A stretch of DNA of 64,000 bases from Macrostomum lignano (Eukaryota), in the NCBI GenBank assembly GCA_002269645.1, contig NIVC01003609.1, positions 24,115 through 88,114 on the forward strand, written 5' to 3'. A program made the translations under genes and the position numbers. Each line of letters starts with the position of its first letter. Within the stretch, counting starts at the first letter, position 1. Positions 1-32,399 of this stretch are shown piece after piece. Below the pieces are notes generated by a model. It saw only the letters and a program-made list of their open reading frames with translations. It made no database searches and was not told the origin of the DNA.

Positions 1-2420
1 GTGTCTTAGTGTCTGTCTCAGTGTCTCAGTGTCTGTCCCAGTGTCTGTCTCAGTGTCTCAGTGTCTGTCCCAGTGTCTGTCTCAGTGTCTTAGTGTCTGT
101 CCCAGTGTCTGTCTCAGTGTTTTAGTGTCTGTCTGAGTGTCCCAGTGTCTGTCTCAGTGTCCCAGTGTCTGTCTAAGTGTCTCAGTGTCTGTCTCAGTGT
201 CCCAGTGTCTGTCTAAGTGTCTCAGTGTCTGTCTCAGTGTCTCAGTGTCTGTCTGAGTGTCTCAGTGTCTGTCTCAGTGTCTTAGTGTCTGTCTGTCTTA
301 GTGTCTGTCTCAGTGTCTCAGTGTCTGTCCCAGTGTCTGTCTCAATGTTTTAGTGTCTGTATGAGTGTCCCAGTGTCTGTCTCAGTGTCTCAGCGTCTGT
401 CTGAGTGTCCAAGTGTCTGTCTCAGTGTCTCAGCGTCTGTCTGAGTGTCCCAGTGTCTGTCTCAGTGTCTCAGCGTCTGTCTCAGTGTCCCAGTGTCTGT
501 CTCAGTGTCTTAGTGTCTGTCTCAGTGTCTCAGTGTCTGTCCCAGTGTCTGTCTCAATGTTTTAGTGTCTGTATGAGTGTCCCAGTGTCTGTCTCAGTGT
601 CTCAGCGTCTGTCTCAGTGTCCCAGTGTCTGTCTCAGTGTCTCAGTGTCTGTCTCAGTGTCTCAGTGTCTGTCTCAGTGTCCCAGTGTCTGCCTCAGTGT
701 CTCAGTGTCTGTCTCAGTGTCCCAGTGTCTGCCTCAGTGTCTCAGCGTCTGTCTCAGTGTCCCAGTGTCTGTCTCAGTGTCTCAGTGTCTGTCTCAGTGT
801 CCCAGTGTCTGCCTCAGTGTCTCAGCGTCTGTCTCAGTGTCCCAGTGTCCCAGTGTCTGTCTCAGTGTCTCAGTGTCTCAGTGTCTGTCTCAGTGTCTCA
901 TTGTCTGTCTCAGTGTCCCAGTGTCTGTCTCAGTGTCTCAGTGTCTGTCTCAGTGTCCCAGTGTCTGTCTCAGTGTCTCAGCGTCTGTCTCAGTGTCCCA
1001 GTGTCTGTCTCAGTGTCTCAGTGTCTGTCTCAGTGTCCCAGTGTCTGCCTCAGTGTCTCAGCGTCTGTCTCAGTGTCCCAGTGTCCCAGTGTCTGTCTCA
1101 GTGTCTCAGTGTCTCAGTGTCTGTCTCAGTGTCTCATTCTCTGTCTCAGTGTCCCAGTGTCTGTCTCAGTGTCTCAGCGTCTGTCTCAGTGTCCCAGTGT
1201 CTGTCTCAGTGTCTCAGTGTCTGTCTCAGTGTCTCAGTGTCTCAGTGTCTGTCTCAGTGTCTCATTGTCTGTCTCAGTGTCCCAGTGTCTGTCTCAGTGT
1301 CTCAGTGTCTGTCTCAGTGTCCCAGCGTCTGTCTCAGTGTCCCAGTGTCTGTCTCAGTGTCTCAGTGTCTGTCTCAGTGTCTTAGTGTCTGTCTCAGTGT
1401 CTCAGTGTCTGTCTCAGTGTCTCAGTGTCTGCCTCAGTGTCTTAGTGTCTGTCTCAGTGTCTCAGTGTCTGTCTCAGTGTCTCAGTGTCTGTCTCAGTGT
1501 CTTAGGGTCTGTCTCAGTGTCTCAGTGTCTGTCTCAGTGTCTCATTGTCTGTCTCAGTGTCCCAGTGTCTGTCTCAGTGTCTCAGTGTCTGTCTCAGTGT
1601 CCCAGTGTCTGTCTCAGTGTCTCAGCGTCTGTCTCAGTGTCCCAGTGTCTGTCTCAGTGTCTCAGTGTCTGTCTCAGTGTCCCAGTGTCTGCCTCAGTGT
1701 CTCAGCGTCTGTCTCAGTGTCCCAGTGTCCCAGTGTCTGTCTCAGTGTCTCAGTGTCTCAGTGTCTGTCTCAGTGTCTCATTGTCTGTCTCAGTGTCCCA
1801 GTGTCTGTCTCAGTGTCTCAGCGTCTGTCTCAGTGTCTCATTGTCTGTCTCAGTGTCTCAGTGTCTGTCTCAGTGTCCCAGTGTCTGTCTCAGTGTCCCA
1901 GCGTCTGTCTCAGTGTCCCAGTGTCTGTCTCAGTGTCTCAGTGTCTGTCTCAGTGTCTTAGTGTCTGTCTCAGTGTCTCAGTGTCTGTCTCAGTGTCTCA
2001 GTGTCTGCCTCAGTGTCTTAGTGTCTGTCTCAGTGTCTCAGTGTCTGTCTCAGTGTCTCAGTGTCTGTCTCAGTGTCTTAGTGTCTGTCTCAGTGTCTCA
2101 GTGTCTCAGTGTCTGTCTCAGTGTCTCATTGTCTGTCTCAGTGTCTCAGTGTCCCAGTGTCTGTCTCAGTGTCCCAGTGTCTGTCTCAGTGTCTTAGTGT
2201 CTGTCTTAGTGTCTCAGTGTCTGTCTCAGTGTCTCAGTGTCTGTCTCAGTGTCTCAGTGTCTGTCTCAGTGTCCCAGTGTCTGTCTCAGTGTCTTAGTGT
2301 CTGTCTCAGTGTCTCAGTGTCTGTCTCAGTGTCCCAGTGTCTGTCTCAGTGTCTTAGTGTCTGTCTCAGTGTCTCAGTGTCTGTCTCAGTGTCTCAGTGT
2401 CTCAGTGTCTCAGTGTCTGA
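1..2420. repeat. Minisatellite of interspersed 8-bp (gtgtctca) and 12-bp (gtgtctgtctca) units
   Basis: Direct reading; it explains the SVSQCL-type ORFs in three frames. Confidence 0.97.
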
Positions 2421-2964
2421 CTCATTTTCTTAGTGGAATTTCCGTAAGCCTCATCCAAGTTATACTTATTTACACTTCTTTGCCCATAAATTTTTTCCCA
2501 TTTTCGATAAAAAAGTATAAATCAACTTTTCCAATGTTTTTCTGAGTTCCAAAGCTAATTATTGCTTCAAGAGTTTCACTTATGCTCAAAAAGCGAGATA
2601 AATCTCGAATAGAAATTTTTAAAAATTGACGCAGAGCTTTGACATCTCATTGAGCAGCAAAGCATGCAGGGTGAATAAGTCATATTTTAGAATATTTTGA
2701 ATTGCGTGAGATTTGAATTCACGTAGCTCGTATTACAAAGGTTGAATTGCATTCTGTTTCTAAAATCGGAAAAAGATACTTTACAAATGTGTAGTCCACT
2801 ACCGATAGTAAAAATACAAAGTTATTATACTTTGATAAGATGCTTTAGATAAAATAAGCTGTAGGATCGTGTAGATATATGCAAGATGAAGATATTCATG
2901 GTGGTGCACACAAGGACTACTTAACACACAACGTCCTGTGTTGTTAAGTAGCCCTCGAGTGCAC

Positions 2965-5520
2965 ATAGGATACTGGTACTATAGATGGGGATTTTGGTAC
3001 TGTAAATGGGGATATTGGTGCTGTAGATAAGGACATTGGTGCTGTAGATAAGATATTGGTGCTGTAGATAAGATATTGGTGCTGTAGATGGGATATTGGT
3101 GCTGTAGATAAGGATATTGGTGCTGTAGATAAGGATATTGGTGCTGTAGATAAGGATATTGGTGCTGTAGATGGGATATTGGTGCTGTAGATAAGGATAT
3201 TGGTGCTGTAGATGAGATACTGGTGCTGTAGAGGGGATATTGGTGCTGTAGATAAGGATATTGGTGCTGTAGATGGGGATTTTGGTACTGTAAATGGGGA
3301 TATTGGTGCTGTAGATAAGGATATTGGTGCTGTAGATGGGATATTGGTGCTGTAGATAAGGATATTGGTGCTGTAGATAAGGATATTGGTGCTGTAGATA
3401 AGGATATTGGTGCTGTAGATGGGATATTGGTGCTTTAGATGGGATACTGGTACTATAGATGGGGATTTTGGTACTGTAAATGGGGATATTGGTGCTGTAG
3501 ATAAGGATATTGGTGCTGTAGATGGGATATTGGTACTATAGATGGGGATTTTGGTACTGTAAATGGGGATATTGGTGCTGTAGATAAGGATATTGGTGCT
3601 GTAGATGGGGATTTTGGTACTGTAAATGGGGATATTGGTGCTTTAGATAAGGATATTGGTGCTGTAGATAAGGATATTGGTGCTGTAGATGGGATATTGG
3701 TGCTGTAGATAAGGATATTGGTGCTGTAGATGGGGATTTTGGTACTGTAAATGGGGATATTGGTGCTGTAGATAAGGATATTGGTGCTGTAGATGGGATA
3801 TTGGTGCTGTAGATAAGATATTGGTGCTGTAGATAAGATATTGGTGCTGTAGATGGGATATTGGTGCTGTAGATAAGGATATTGGTGCTGTAGATAAGGA
3901 TATTGGTGCTGTAGATAAGGATATTGGTGCTGTAGATGGGATATTGGTGCTGTAGATAAGGATATTGGTGCTGTAGATGAGATACTGGTGCTGTAGAGGG
4001 GATATTGGTGCTGTAGATAAGGATATTGGTGCTGTAGATGGGGATTTTGGTACTGTAAATGGGGATATTGGTGCTGTAGATAAGGATATTGGTGCTGTAG
4101 ATGGGATATTGGTGCTGTAGATAAGGATATTGGTGCTGTAGATAAGGATATTGGTGCTGTAGATAAGGATATTGGTGCTGTAGATGGGATATTGGTGCTT
4201 TAGATGGGATACTGGTACTATAGATGGGGATTTTGGTACTGTAAATGGGGATATTGGTGCTGTAGATAAGGATATTGGTGCTGTAGATGGGATATTGGTA
4301 CTATAGATGGGGATTTTGGTACTGTAAATGGGGATATTGGTGCTGTAGATAAGGATATTGGTGCTGTAGATGGGGATTTTGGTACTGTAAATGGGGATAT
4401 TGGTGCTTTAGATAAGGATATTGGTGCTGTAGATAAGGATATTGGTGCTGTAGATGGGATATTGGTGCTGTAGATAAGGATATTGGTGCTGTAGATGGGG
4501 ATTTTGGTACTGTAAATGGGGATATTGGTGCTGTAGATAAGGATATTGGTGCTGTAGATGGGATATTGGTGCTGTAGATAAGGATATTGGTGCTGTAGAT
4601 AAGGATATTGGTGCTGTAGATGGGATATTGGTGCTGTAGAATGGGATATTGGTGCTGTAGATGAGATACTGGTGCTGTAGAGGGGATATTGGTGCTGTAG
4701 ATAAGGATATTGGTGCTGTAGATAAGGATATTGGTGCTGTAGATAAGGATATTGGTGCTGTAGATGGGATATTGGTGCTGTAGAATGGGATATTGGTGCT
4801 GTAGATGAGATATTGGTGCTGTAGAGGGGATATTGGTGCTGTAGATGGGATATTGGTGCTGTAGATGGGATATTGGTGCTGTAGATAAGGATATTGGTGC
4901 TGTAGATGGGGATTTTGGTACTGTAAATGGGGATATTGGTGCTGTAGATAAGGATATTGGTGCTGTAGATGGGATATTGGTGCTGTAGATAAGGATATTG
5001 GTGCTGTAGATAAGGATATTGGTGCTGTAGATGGGATATTGGTGCTGTAGAATGGGATATTGGTGCTGTAGATGAGATACTGGTGCTGTAGAGGGGATAT
5101 TGGTGCTGTAGATAAGGATATTGGTGCTGTAGATAAGGATATTGGTGCTGTAGATAAGGATATTGGTGCTGTAGATGGGATATTGGTGCTGTAGAATGGG
5201 ATATTGGTGCTGTAGATGAGATATTGGTGCTGTAGAGGGGATATTGCTGCTGTAGATAAGGATATTGGTGCTGTAGATGGAATATTGGTACAGTAGAATG
5301 GGACATTGGTACAGTAGAATGGGACTTTGATACAGTAGAATGGGATATTGGTGCTTTAGATGGGATATTGGTACTGTAGATGGGATATTGGTGCTGTAGA
5401 TGGGATATTGGTGCCCTAGATGGGATAATGTTGCTGTAGATACATGTATGGATATTGGTGCTGTAGATGGGATATTGGTGCTGTAGATGGGATATTGGTG
5501 CTGTAGATGGGATATTGTTG
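2965..5520. repeat. 20-21-bp minisatellite (gatattggtgctgtagat[aag/gg])
   Basis: Roughly 120 tandem copies with a few recurrent variant units. Confidence 0.97.
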
Positions 5521-5879
5521 CTCTCGATAAGATTGTGAGCGGAGTGCTTTAAATCTAAGAAAACAGTGACAGAACAAACTACTTGTAGGAAACTAATTTG
5601 AACCTTGAAAATCTCCCTTAACACAAAGTTTGCAGCTGTCCGTGGACATCAACAACAAGGTACGATCGCAATAATAAGCCTTAAAAACATACGTGTTTAA
5701 CGCAACAAGCAAGCATAACGCAATGAAAACTCGTCTGTGCAGCGAACAAAAATCACCATGAATAACGACAAGACGCACATCCAGTTCGAGGAGGATCTCC
5801 GGACCACACTGCCAGACAACTAACTCAAATAGCAGGATAATTTACAGGCGATTTCATTTCAGGACTTTAATAATCCTGC

Positions 5880-6345
5880 GTAACCGCAGGGACCTTACAG
5901 CAGTCAGCATGGCCCTCTCCTCTCCGGACATGGCTGCTTCTCTCGCCACCGCTTCCATTAGGGCCAGGTACCCGAGGAGCGGTGCTTCTTCTGCCGCTCA
6001 GGCAGTGAAAACGCCGAGCACTTAATCTGCCACTGCCCCCCGGTCATCACCAGGGCCAGGCTCACTCACCTCGGGCCAAACCCGCGGTTCTATCTGACGT
6101 TTGCAGGCCCGAGAGCATCCCGCTGCTAGCCCGGTGCCTCAGGGACACGGGACGAGCTGAGTTCTTCCCCACCGTCGGTGAGGAGGACCGCGCTGCAGGC
6201 GAGACCGACGGGTCCCCCTGAGCGACATCACTTCGACGGAAGTTTTTGGTCGCGAGGGGTTAGCGGAATGGGCGGTCTCCTCCGCCTCCTCGCTGCATCC
6301 GCCGGGACGATGCCCCCTGCAGTTAAGTCAAGAAGTAAGTCCCGA
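5880..6345 (+). mobile_element. 3' fragment of a non-LTR retrotransposon (I/LOA/R1-like), C-terminal CCHC zinc knuckle
   Basis: Translates LSGHGCFSRHRFH*GQVPEERCFFCRSGSENAEHLICHCP..RLTHLG, the GH...CxxC...EH...CP motif at the end of LINE ORF2. It has an internal stop. Confidence 0.7.
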
Positions 6346-6363
6346 CTTTACTGATTCTGATTT

Positions 6364-6660
6364 CAGGTTCCGACAGATCTGGCCGACCATAATAAACTAG
6401 GACAACAGAGAACATCGATGTCATCAGCGGTCATGGGAGCCAGTCCTATCGCATCTTGACTGGGGATTTCCATCTCCGAAACGTCTGCTCGGTCTGGATG
6501 GCCCACTACTCACTACGGATCAACGTCAGGCCCGTGAGAACTGCGCCAAGCCGCCGGGGCTTGAATGACATCCTAAACTGCCTGCTTGTTGAGGATGAGA
6601 CCTGGCTCTACTTGGATGGTAAGAGCAGCAAGGCAGACATGACGTTGAGACGTAACTTTA
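6364..6660 (+). pseudogene. Degraded mariner-type transposase fragment
   Basis: SDRSGRP..TTENIDVI...RNVCSVWMAH...LLVEDETWLY matches the mariner RSGRP / WVPHEL-like / DETW motifs; contains stops. Confidence 0.65.
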
Positions 6661-7339
6661 TGGGACGATTTTGACCTGCAATTCTGGGGTTTCTGAAATT
6701 TCCTATGCAGATCTTTTAAGACAAGATGCTCTTGCGAACTTGAAATTGCTTTCAACCAGACCAGTAATTCCTTGTTAGCTGCGTCTACTTGACCTCCGAA
6801 ATATGGATTTTCCTCATCGGCTCTTAATAAATTAATATAAAATGCTTCAGCAATATTCTTAAAACTCGATTTAACCATCAGCTGCTCGATTAGCTATAAA
6901 AGCTTTTGAGCTTGCAATCCTTCCTGAGAAGCTGAAGTCCCAATCAACATTGAAAGTTTTTTCGCGTCTTCAAACTGCTTTTTTGATTGATTGCTTTGGC
7001 ACCTGACAAGGTAAAATTTTTAATTTTAAGTATCAATCTTAATAATTCTCATGCAACCTGACAGCCGTCTCATAGGTCTAAATTTTTATTTTAACGACAA
7101 AATTTTCAGACAAAAACTAAACTAGATAACGTTGAGAACTCCAGCCGACTGTGTCACCAAGCAACTTTGGCGACCCGACCGCTGGTACTGAGATGCTATT
7201 GAAGGTGCTGGTTATCATGATCAAGGCCACTCAATCTTTCTCCAAACATAAATCAGTGGTGCATCAGAATTCCTTCGTCAACAAGAAGTAAGACTCTTGT
7301 CTATTGTGTGAATTGATAACCGGAAAGATACTTGCGAGA

Positions 7340-8117
<778 letters not shown>

Positions 8118-9319
8118 CACAGTATTTGCTCTATGGCATGACAGAGAGGATTCGCCGTTGGCCTCAACTTTGTAGGGGATAAGTTGTAAGCCGCCGCGAA
8201 GCAGATTGACATATCGGTGCGTGTCCCCTCAGCTCCCCATAAGACGCTCTCGCTGGCATTCCGGTGACAGGCAGTGCCTTCGGTCAACTGTCAGTCATTC
8301 GGCATCAAAGAACAGTAAATAAAAATCTCTCATTTGGCTTTGGACCCAAACTGGACCAGATAGGGAAATAAGAGGGGATCGCAGATTTAGTCCTTGCAGA
8401 CAGCCAGAAAAACATTTTTGTCCAGGAATCTAAAATAAATTTACCAGTTCCAAGACTTCCAGTGGCGACTCAATCTCACACAGAAAAAAAACTATAGGAA
8501 TTTTCAAGATGCCGCAAGAGAAGCATAAAAAGTGAGTTACTCGTAGGCGTCTCAGACTTTTTGAGGCTTACCTTTTGTTGCTCATTCCTTGTTGCTGTTC
8601 GCTGATAGCTGCAAACTTCGTGCTAACGGAGATTTTCTAGGAAACAGGTGGTCCATCGCACGCGAGTTTGGTTGGCAAAGCGGTTTAATTTAGTCAATTA
8701 TTAATCCAAGCTACGTTGACAGGACATTGGGGAAGAGAGTGAATTGAGAAATCTCATTGAGTAGAGATTGAGAAATGCAGGCAAGCCAATTCCTGTAGAG
8801 TATCATTCGACAAATTGTCATTGCTTTTCATCTCCTAAGATGTCTTACTTGACTTAGCTGCTGGTGGATTCGGCATTCGGGCATCCGGTTGCAGCGGGAG
8901 ACATCGCCTCAGCATTCTCAACCTTCACTAGGGGATGTTCCTTGGAGATAGCGATGCCTAGCAAAACAGTCATAAACTGAGAGAGTCATATGGTTACCGG
9001 GTTACCGCCCTGATGGCCCTGTGGTTGATTCTAATCCAATGCCAAGGTAACTTAACTGCCAAGGTAACATTGGTACAACAGATTTCAGTAGAAGATCGTT
9101 TTAAACCACCAGCATTCACCCATATTAGCGCTAAATTGGTTCAGATCGGAATTCAACAATTTATTGTCAATTTTTGTTGAGGGCCCTTAAAAACCAAGCA
9201 TTAAAAGTCCAACCCTTGACGAAATGACTTTTCGCCACAGACATTCGTGGTGAAAAATCCTAATATATAAGGCCAAGACTTTTAACGGAGTTTCCATTTG
9301 AGGAAGTGACCCGGGATTT

Positions 9320-9640
9320 GAGGAAAAGATAGGAGACGGCAGCGCGGGATTTCCGGCAGTTCACTTCTCCCTGTTCTTGGATGCCACCCCCTGCTTGATC
9401 AGAAAGGTGATAACAACGGTAGGGGTGGGGGCCAGTGAAGGACCCTACCGAGCCAGCCTTGGCCAGGCGATCGGCCATCTCGTTGCCATGGGGTTGGCCC
9501 GAGTGCCTGGGGAAGCAGTTGATCTGTGCGATGCAATCAAGGACTGTACAGGAGCAGGTACGATAGAGGTGGATCGCCGTTTGACCGTTTCAGTGGAGGA
9601 TGATCTTCTTCCCGCCCCACCCCCCCCCCCCCAGACTCGG
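9320..9640 (-). mobile_element. RNase H fragment of a non-LTR retrotransposon (I/LOA-like)
   Basis: Minus strand reads CFPRHSGQPHGNEMADRLAKAGS, the (WVP)GHSG..GNE.AD.LAK RNase H motif, followed by CRKSR. Frameshifted. Confidence 0.65.
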
Positions 9641-10599
9641 CGCAGGAGCTGATGGGTCACAGTTCTCCTCCGCAATACATTAGCCGTAACATGCAGTGTT
9701 GAAGTTATTTTGAGATCCTTCAGTGAAGCAGTCGTTTGCTTAGGGTTGCCAGCGGCCAGAATGATAAGATGCTAGAGAGCTGTCTTCTCAAACAGGCTCA
9801 CAAAGGGTCAGACCACGCAGCTGCTGATGAAACAGTTTTCTACCTGCAGGCGTAAACCTTTTTTTAGGCTACAAAACACTCGGCCTCGCAGCGGTCAAAA
9901 AATGCTTTCGCATCGCTTCGTTTTCGCGTCAGCTGGATAGCTGGCCATGATCACCTGAGTTTTGGGTTTAGTGCACAGCGCACGCACAGGCTAAATGGTG
10001 CAGTGCTCTGTGCAGATCGGCTTGGAGAGAACAATAGCCCTCCTGTGTGCCGGCTCTCTCCACCACCGACCACCGTCCCTGCGTCTTTAAGGCGACTGCA
10101 ACAAGAGAAGACAAGCATTGCTGGTCTTTATAACCGTCTCTCTGTATTTAAAGTGTATTTTCTGTTCAATAAAACTGTTCTTTGCTATTACTAAGTGCAA
10201 TTCATGCTGATTGCATACAGTGTCAACTCGAAGCGATGACTGCGGCAACTAGTTCTCGCAAGCCAAAGTAAGTAAGTTTGTGCATTTATGTAGGATTTTA
10301 ATTTCTTTTTTATTCGTATAGATCGTTCGCTTCAATTCACTGAAGGCCGAGGGGTCTCAAATAATCAACTTTACCCTCTGGGAGAACTGTGAAAACCTTC
10401 TATTACAATAGCACACCGGCACGGCACCGGAAAGTTAAAAACATGCAGTATTCTTGCTTATTTCAAAATCGTTTGTTAACGCGTTTCATCCTAAGCGGAA
10501 ATCTTTAGGGCAACTAACTGCCAGTGGTTCACATCGGATCACATATCTTTGCTGATAAATAGTGAAAAGAATTAAACAACATCCAATCCCCAAGCACCC

Positions 10600-11290
10600 C
10601 TGTTCCTTCCCCAGCACTCTGTCTCTTCCCCAGCACTCTGTCTCTTCCCCAGCACTCTGTCTCTTCCCCAGCACTCTGTCCTTCCCAGCACTGTCCTTCC
10701 CCAGCACTCTGTCCTTCCCCAGCACTCCTGTCCCTTCCCCAGCACTCCTGTCTCTTCCCCAGCACCCCTGTCCCTTCCCCAGCACTCTGTCTTTCCCCAG
10801 TACTCCTGTCCATTCCCCATCACTCTGTCCCTTTCCCAGCACTCTGTCCATTCCCAGCACCCTGTCCTTTTACCAGCACTCCTGTCCATTCCCCAGCACT
10901 CCTGTCCATTCCCCAGCACTCCTGTCCATTCCCCAGCACTCTGTTCCTTCCCCAGCACTCTGTCCCTTCCCCAGCACTCCTGTCCTTCCCCAGCACTCTG
11001 TCCCTTCCCCAGCACTCTGTCCCTTCCTCAGCACTCTGTCCTTCCCCAGCACTCCTGTCCATTCCCCATCACTCTGTCCCTTCCCCAGCATTCTGTCCCT
11101 TTCCCAGCACTCTGTCCCTTCCCAAGCACCCTGTCCATTCCCAAGCACCCCTGTCCCTTCCCAAGCACCCTGTCCATTCCCTAGCATCCATGTCCCATTC
11201 CCAGCACCCTGTCCTTTTCCCAGCACTCCTGTCCCTTCCCCAGCACCCCTATCCCTTCCATAGCACCCCTGTGTCTTCCCCAGTAACCCA
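10600..11290. repeat. Minisatellite (cccagcact[c/ct]tgtcc/tt.., about 19-20 bp)
   Basis: Direct reading. Confidence 0.95.
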
Positions 11291-12489
11291 TGTCTCTCCC
11301 TCCACTCAGTTCTTCAGGCACCTGTCTTTTGTCGCTCTAGTGCATTCAGTTGCTTTATAGCTCGTAGATTCCCAGCACCCTTTAATAACAAAAGTCCAGG
11401 TACCAGTCGATGAAGAACTTGATCCACCCACTTCAAAAGAATCAATCAATCCTTGCCCTATCCCAAGCCTGCGGCCACAAAACAGAATTCCTTAAGAAGT
11501 CCGTGTCAAAACATTGCAGCAGAAGGGTATGAAGGCGAATACAAACAACCAGCCCGGTAGAATAATCTTATTCAAAGATTCCTTCGGAAGATTAAAGGAA
11601 AGGGGTTTAGCACAGCAAAGGACTGGAACGGAGAGAGGTTAGAGACGAAGCGATAGACAGTGACATTTTCACTTCAAACAGAATTTTTGTTGGATCAAAA
11701 AATCTTCGATAAGTCAAAATACGGCAGGCAGTTGGTTTCTGGTTGTGCCCCTTTGGGTTTTGCTTTGAAATCGAATATGCCCTGGCCCATGTCATTTTAC
11801 CCCTTTTCGCCTTTTACTATCTCCACGTTTCCATCTCTTAAAAAAGTATTTTGTTGAAATGTTCTAAATTTTTTAATTCTGTTCTATTTAACACGGTGGT
11901 AGTTATACGCGAATGAATGAGTAAATAGTACACTGCAGAAATGTACAACCTGAAGCACATGTACGTGCGCTACAGGAAAGGAAATGGCGTGGTGGAGGAA
12001 CTGTGGAAGAGATTGCCGTGAGCTAGTTGAGTGAGGTGAAATGCACTTTTTTACATTCTATTGTCAACGTTTTGTGGGAGCTGAAATGAAGCACTGCGTT
12101 GCACAAAAGTACAGGAGAAATGCAAAATATGTTCTGGAAATCTGTGTTGTTTCAAGAAGCTATTGCGCTCATACTTACTACTATTCTGCTTTAGATCTGT
12201 GTTTAAAGTTTCCAACATTTATTAAACTTTAATTCCCTCTAATAGAGCCTTGGCTCGATATGAATTCTGGCTTTTTGCATCGTCGCAATCGGGGTGAATA
12301 TGCCTGTGAATTTGGTTCGGAATTTCGCAACTATTCAAATACATACTAATATAATAGTATACTACGTAGTACTCGTAGTACTCGTAAATATACATCTTCC
12401 TATAGTTCAGAATTCGAGTTTTTTTATCTAATTGACACAAACAGAAGGATTTAGAAAAAGGGTCTATTTCTCTACCTATAGTGCTCAGT

Positions 12490-12792
12490 CCTTTGATTGA
12501 GCTCCGCTACTCAATGCCCTCTAGGTCACTTTGATTGAGCTCCGCTACTCAATACCCTCTTGGTCACTTTGATTGCCGCTACTCTCAGTCACTTTGATTG
12601 AGCTCCGCTACTCAATGCCATCTAGGTCACTTATGATTGAGCTCCGCTACTCAATGCCCTCTCGGTCACTTTTGATTGAGCTCCGCTACTCCCCAATGCC
12701 ATCTAGGTCACTTTGATAGAGCTCCGCTACTCCCCAATGCCATCTAGGTCACTTTGATTGAGCTCCGCTACTCAATATACCATCTAGGTCAC
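12490..12792. repeat. About 40-bp tandem repeat (ctttgattgagctccgctactcaatgccatctaggtca), about 7 copies
   Basis: Direct reading. Confidence 0.9.
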
Positions 12793-14810
12793 TCGTGCGC
12801 TTTTTTGTATACTATAACGTCTGATCGTGCTAAAATGGCACCAAAAAACCATTTTCTTTCGGCGTAACGCTGATGTTTATGCTATAGCACCATTTTTTCG
12901 CTTCTCTGACGCAGTAAATACGACGCCCATTTTTTACACCGAACAGCAGATGCTAACCGATTTTCTCTATTCCCATCCATCAAAGACACTTTTTTCGAGC
13001 ACCCCCACGCACATCGATCCATCCCATTGAGTTCGGGCGAACTCTCGTCACGAATCCATTATTGATTAACAGATTTGCTGTCTGGCACCGATTGCTAAAG
13101 GCTTTTCATAAAGCAATTATGCTGATTCACTATGGATTGGACCGGTCAATATTAGGACACCGGATGCTTAAGCCAATAAAATTAATGGATTTATTGTATC
13201 AATAGTCTTGAGCGAGAGATACTGGCAATAAATGGTATTCATTAGTCGCAGTGTGACGGATCATAGTAAACGAGAAATGAACAGCATCTCATACTGTTTA
13301 GAATTTTTCTTCGAAGGCTGTGTCTTTGTATAGCCTGCGTCTTTGTAGCCTGCGTCTTTATCTGAAAAAATTATCCCAAATCATACTCACGACAATAATC
13401 CCAAGAATAAAAGTTGCTGTTTCTTAGTACAATAAATCAAGCCTGTTCTATATAGGAAAGCTTACACGAACTGCATCTTTGACACCTTCATTTCTAGCCT
13501 AATAGGATAGTATAACTGATTTTCCTCGCATGTGAACATTTTACATGTAAGTCAATTTCAATTGGCAAAATTTGACAAGCTGATGAAATCGAAAAAAATG
13601 TAATATTACAGAGGATATCAACATGGCACTTAGGAAACTTCAGGCAGGGACTGATTGGAATTAATCGGCAATGCATGACCGAATTTTGCTTCACTCAACT
13701 AAAGGTAGCTATGTTAACGGACACCGTATATGCGTACTTAAGAAGCCCTCTCATAATCGCCATGGTCTCTAGAGAGCGTGCTTTGAGACGGTGATTAGCT
13801 TTTGATAGCTCGTATCTCGTGTGGCGCGCTCATTTCGTCTCCCCAAAAGCCTGTTTCAGACAGTTCGTTCTCCCGTTTGAGGAGGTTCATTTTGAGTCGA
13901 CACTCTTGAGGTCTGTCTCGTTACGTACCCTGAGTATAGGTACCTAATTTGAGAGTAGACACTAGATACGCTCGTACGGCATACATGATATTTGGAATGT
14001 AAGCTTTTTGGAGTCAGAGCGTACATGTACATGTAATTAGAGTGGTCAATGAGCTTGAAGGCGATTGACACCACGGGGTGACCGCATTTACGTTGGTTGA
14101 TCCATTAGGAGGAAACTCAGGTTGAGGCTGAGGTTTGGCTTGGGACTTGGGAGATCCGTGAATTTCCAGGGGGGGGGGGAATCCTTAGCCGATTGTTAGA
14201 CTTCAGCCACTGAGAGAGGGATATTGGTGAAGCCCTATTCCAATCAGAGATGGGGAACTTGGGGAAGGCCAAGAGGGAGGTTAACGCCAAATGCCCAATG
14301 GGAAAGGGAGAGAATAAAAGGCAGAGAGCTTATCTGGCTGCCAGTGGCGCATTTGAAGGAAAGGGGGGGGGCTAGAAAAAGCATGGGGTAGCTGCCTCAG
14401 TACGATCGGGGGTTCCCCTCCAGTCCAACTCTGAATTTCTACCCCCCCCCCTCTCTTCTGTTCTCTGTCCTAAACTACAAGCCTACAAAAACTGCCGCGC
14501 CACAAAATACTTTACAACTTACAAGCAGTACGCTCAGCGCATTAGGTTAGAAAACAAGCCAGTAAAGTTTACATTTACTCGCAAAACCAAACCAATTAAT
14601 ATCAAATAAATCTTTTTTTACGGTAAACGGTAAACGTTAGTACACATCCTTCGCGATCATTTAATCCATTAGTTTAATTTGATTGTGTAGATAAGATAAG
14701 CGAGAGATAAGACAGCTACAGCTAGCTAGTTAACTGTAGATAATAAGTTCAGCAGTTAAGTTTCAATAGTTAGTTTATAGGAAAGCTAAATAGGAGTGTA
14801 CAGGCGGAAG

Positions 14811-32225
<17,415 letters not shown>

Positions 32226-32399
32226 ACTCCCCAGCTGCTGCCGCTGCAGTTCTCCCTGTTGTTTGAAAACTTTGATGCTTTATTTCGTTAATTAATTGTA
32301 CGGGCTAAATTTGAAACTCTGGCAAGGTGGCGTGCCCGAAGTTTGCTGAAAAAGTCGCTTTTATAATTGCTTTTAATTTTTTAAAAGATACGTCGCCCC

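Noticed and set aside
365-5624. Long ORFs (326-618 aa) of SVSQCL and STAPISH type
   Set aside because: They are translations of minisatellites, open in several frames only because the units lack stops.
9698-10280. Solo LTR candidate
   Set aside because: It has a TG start and AATAAA, but I found no convincing CA end, TSD or primer-binding site.
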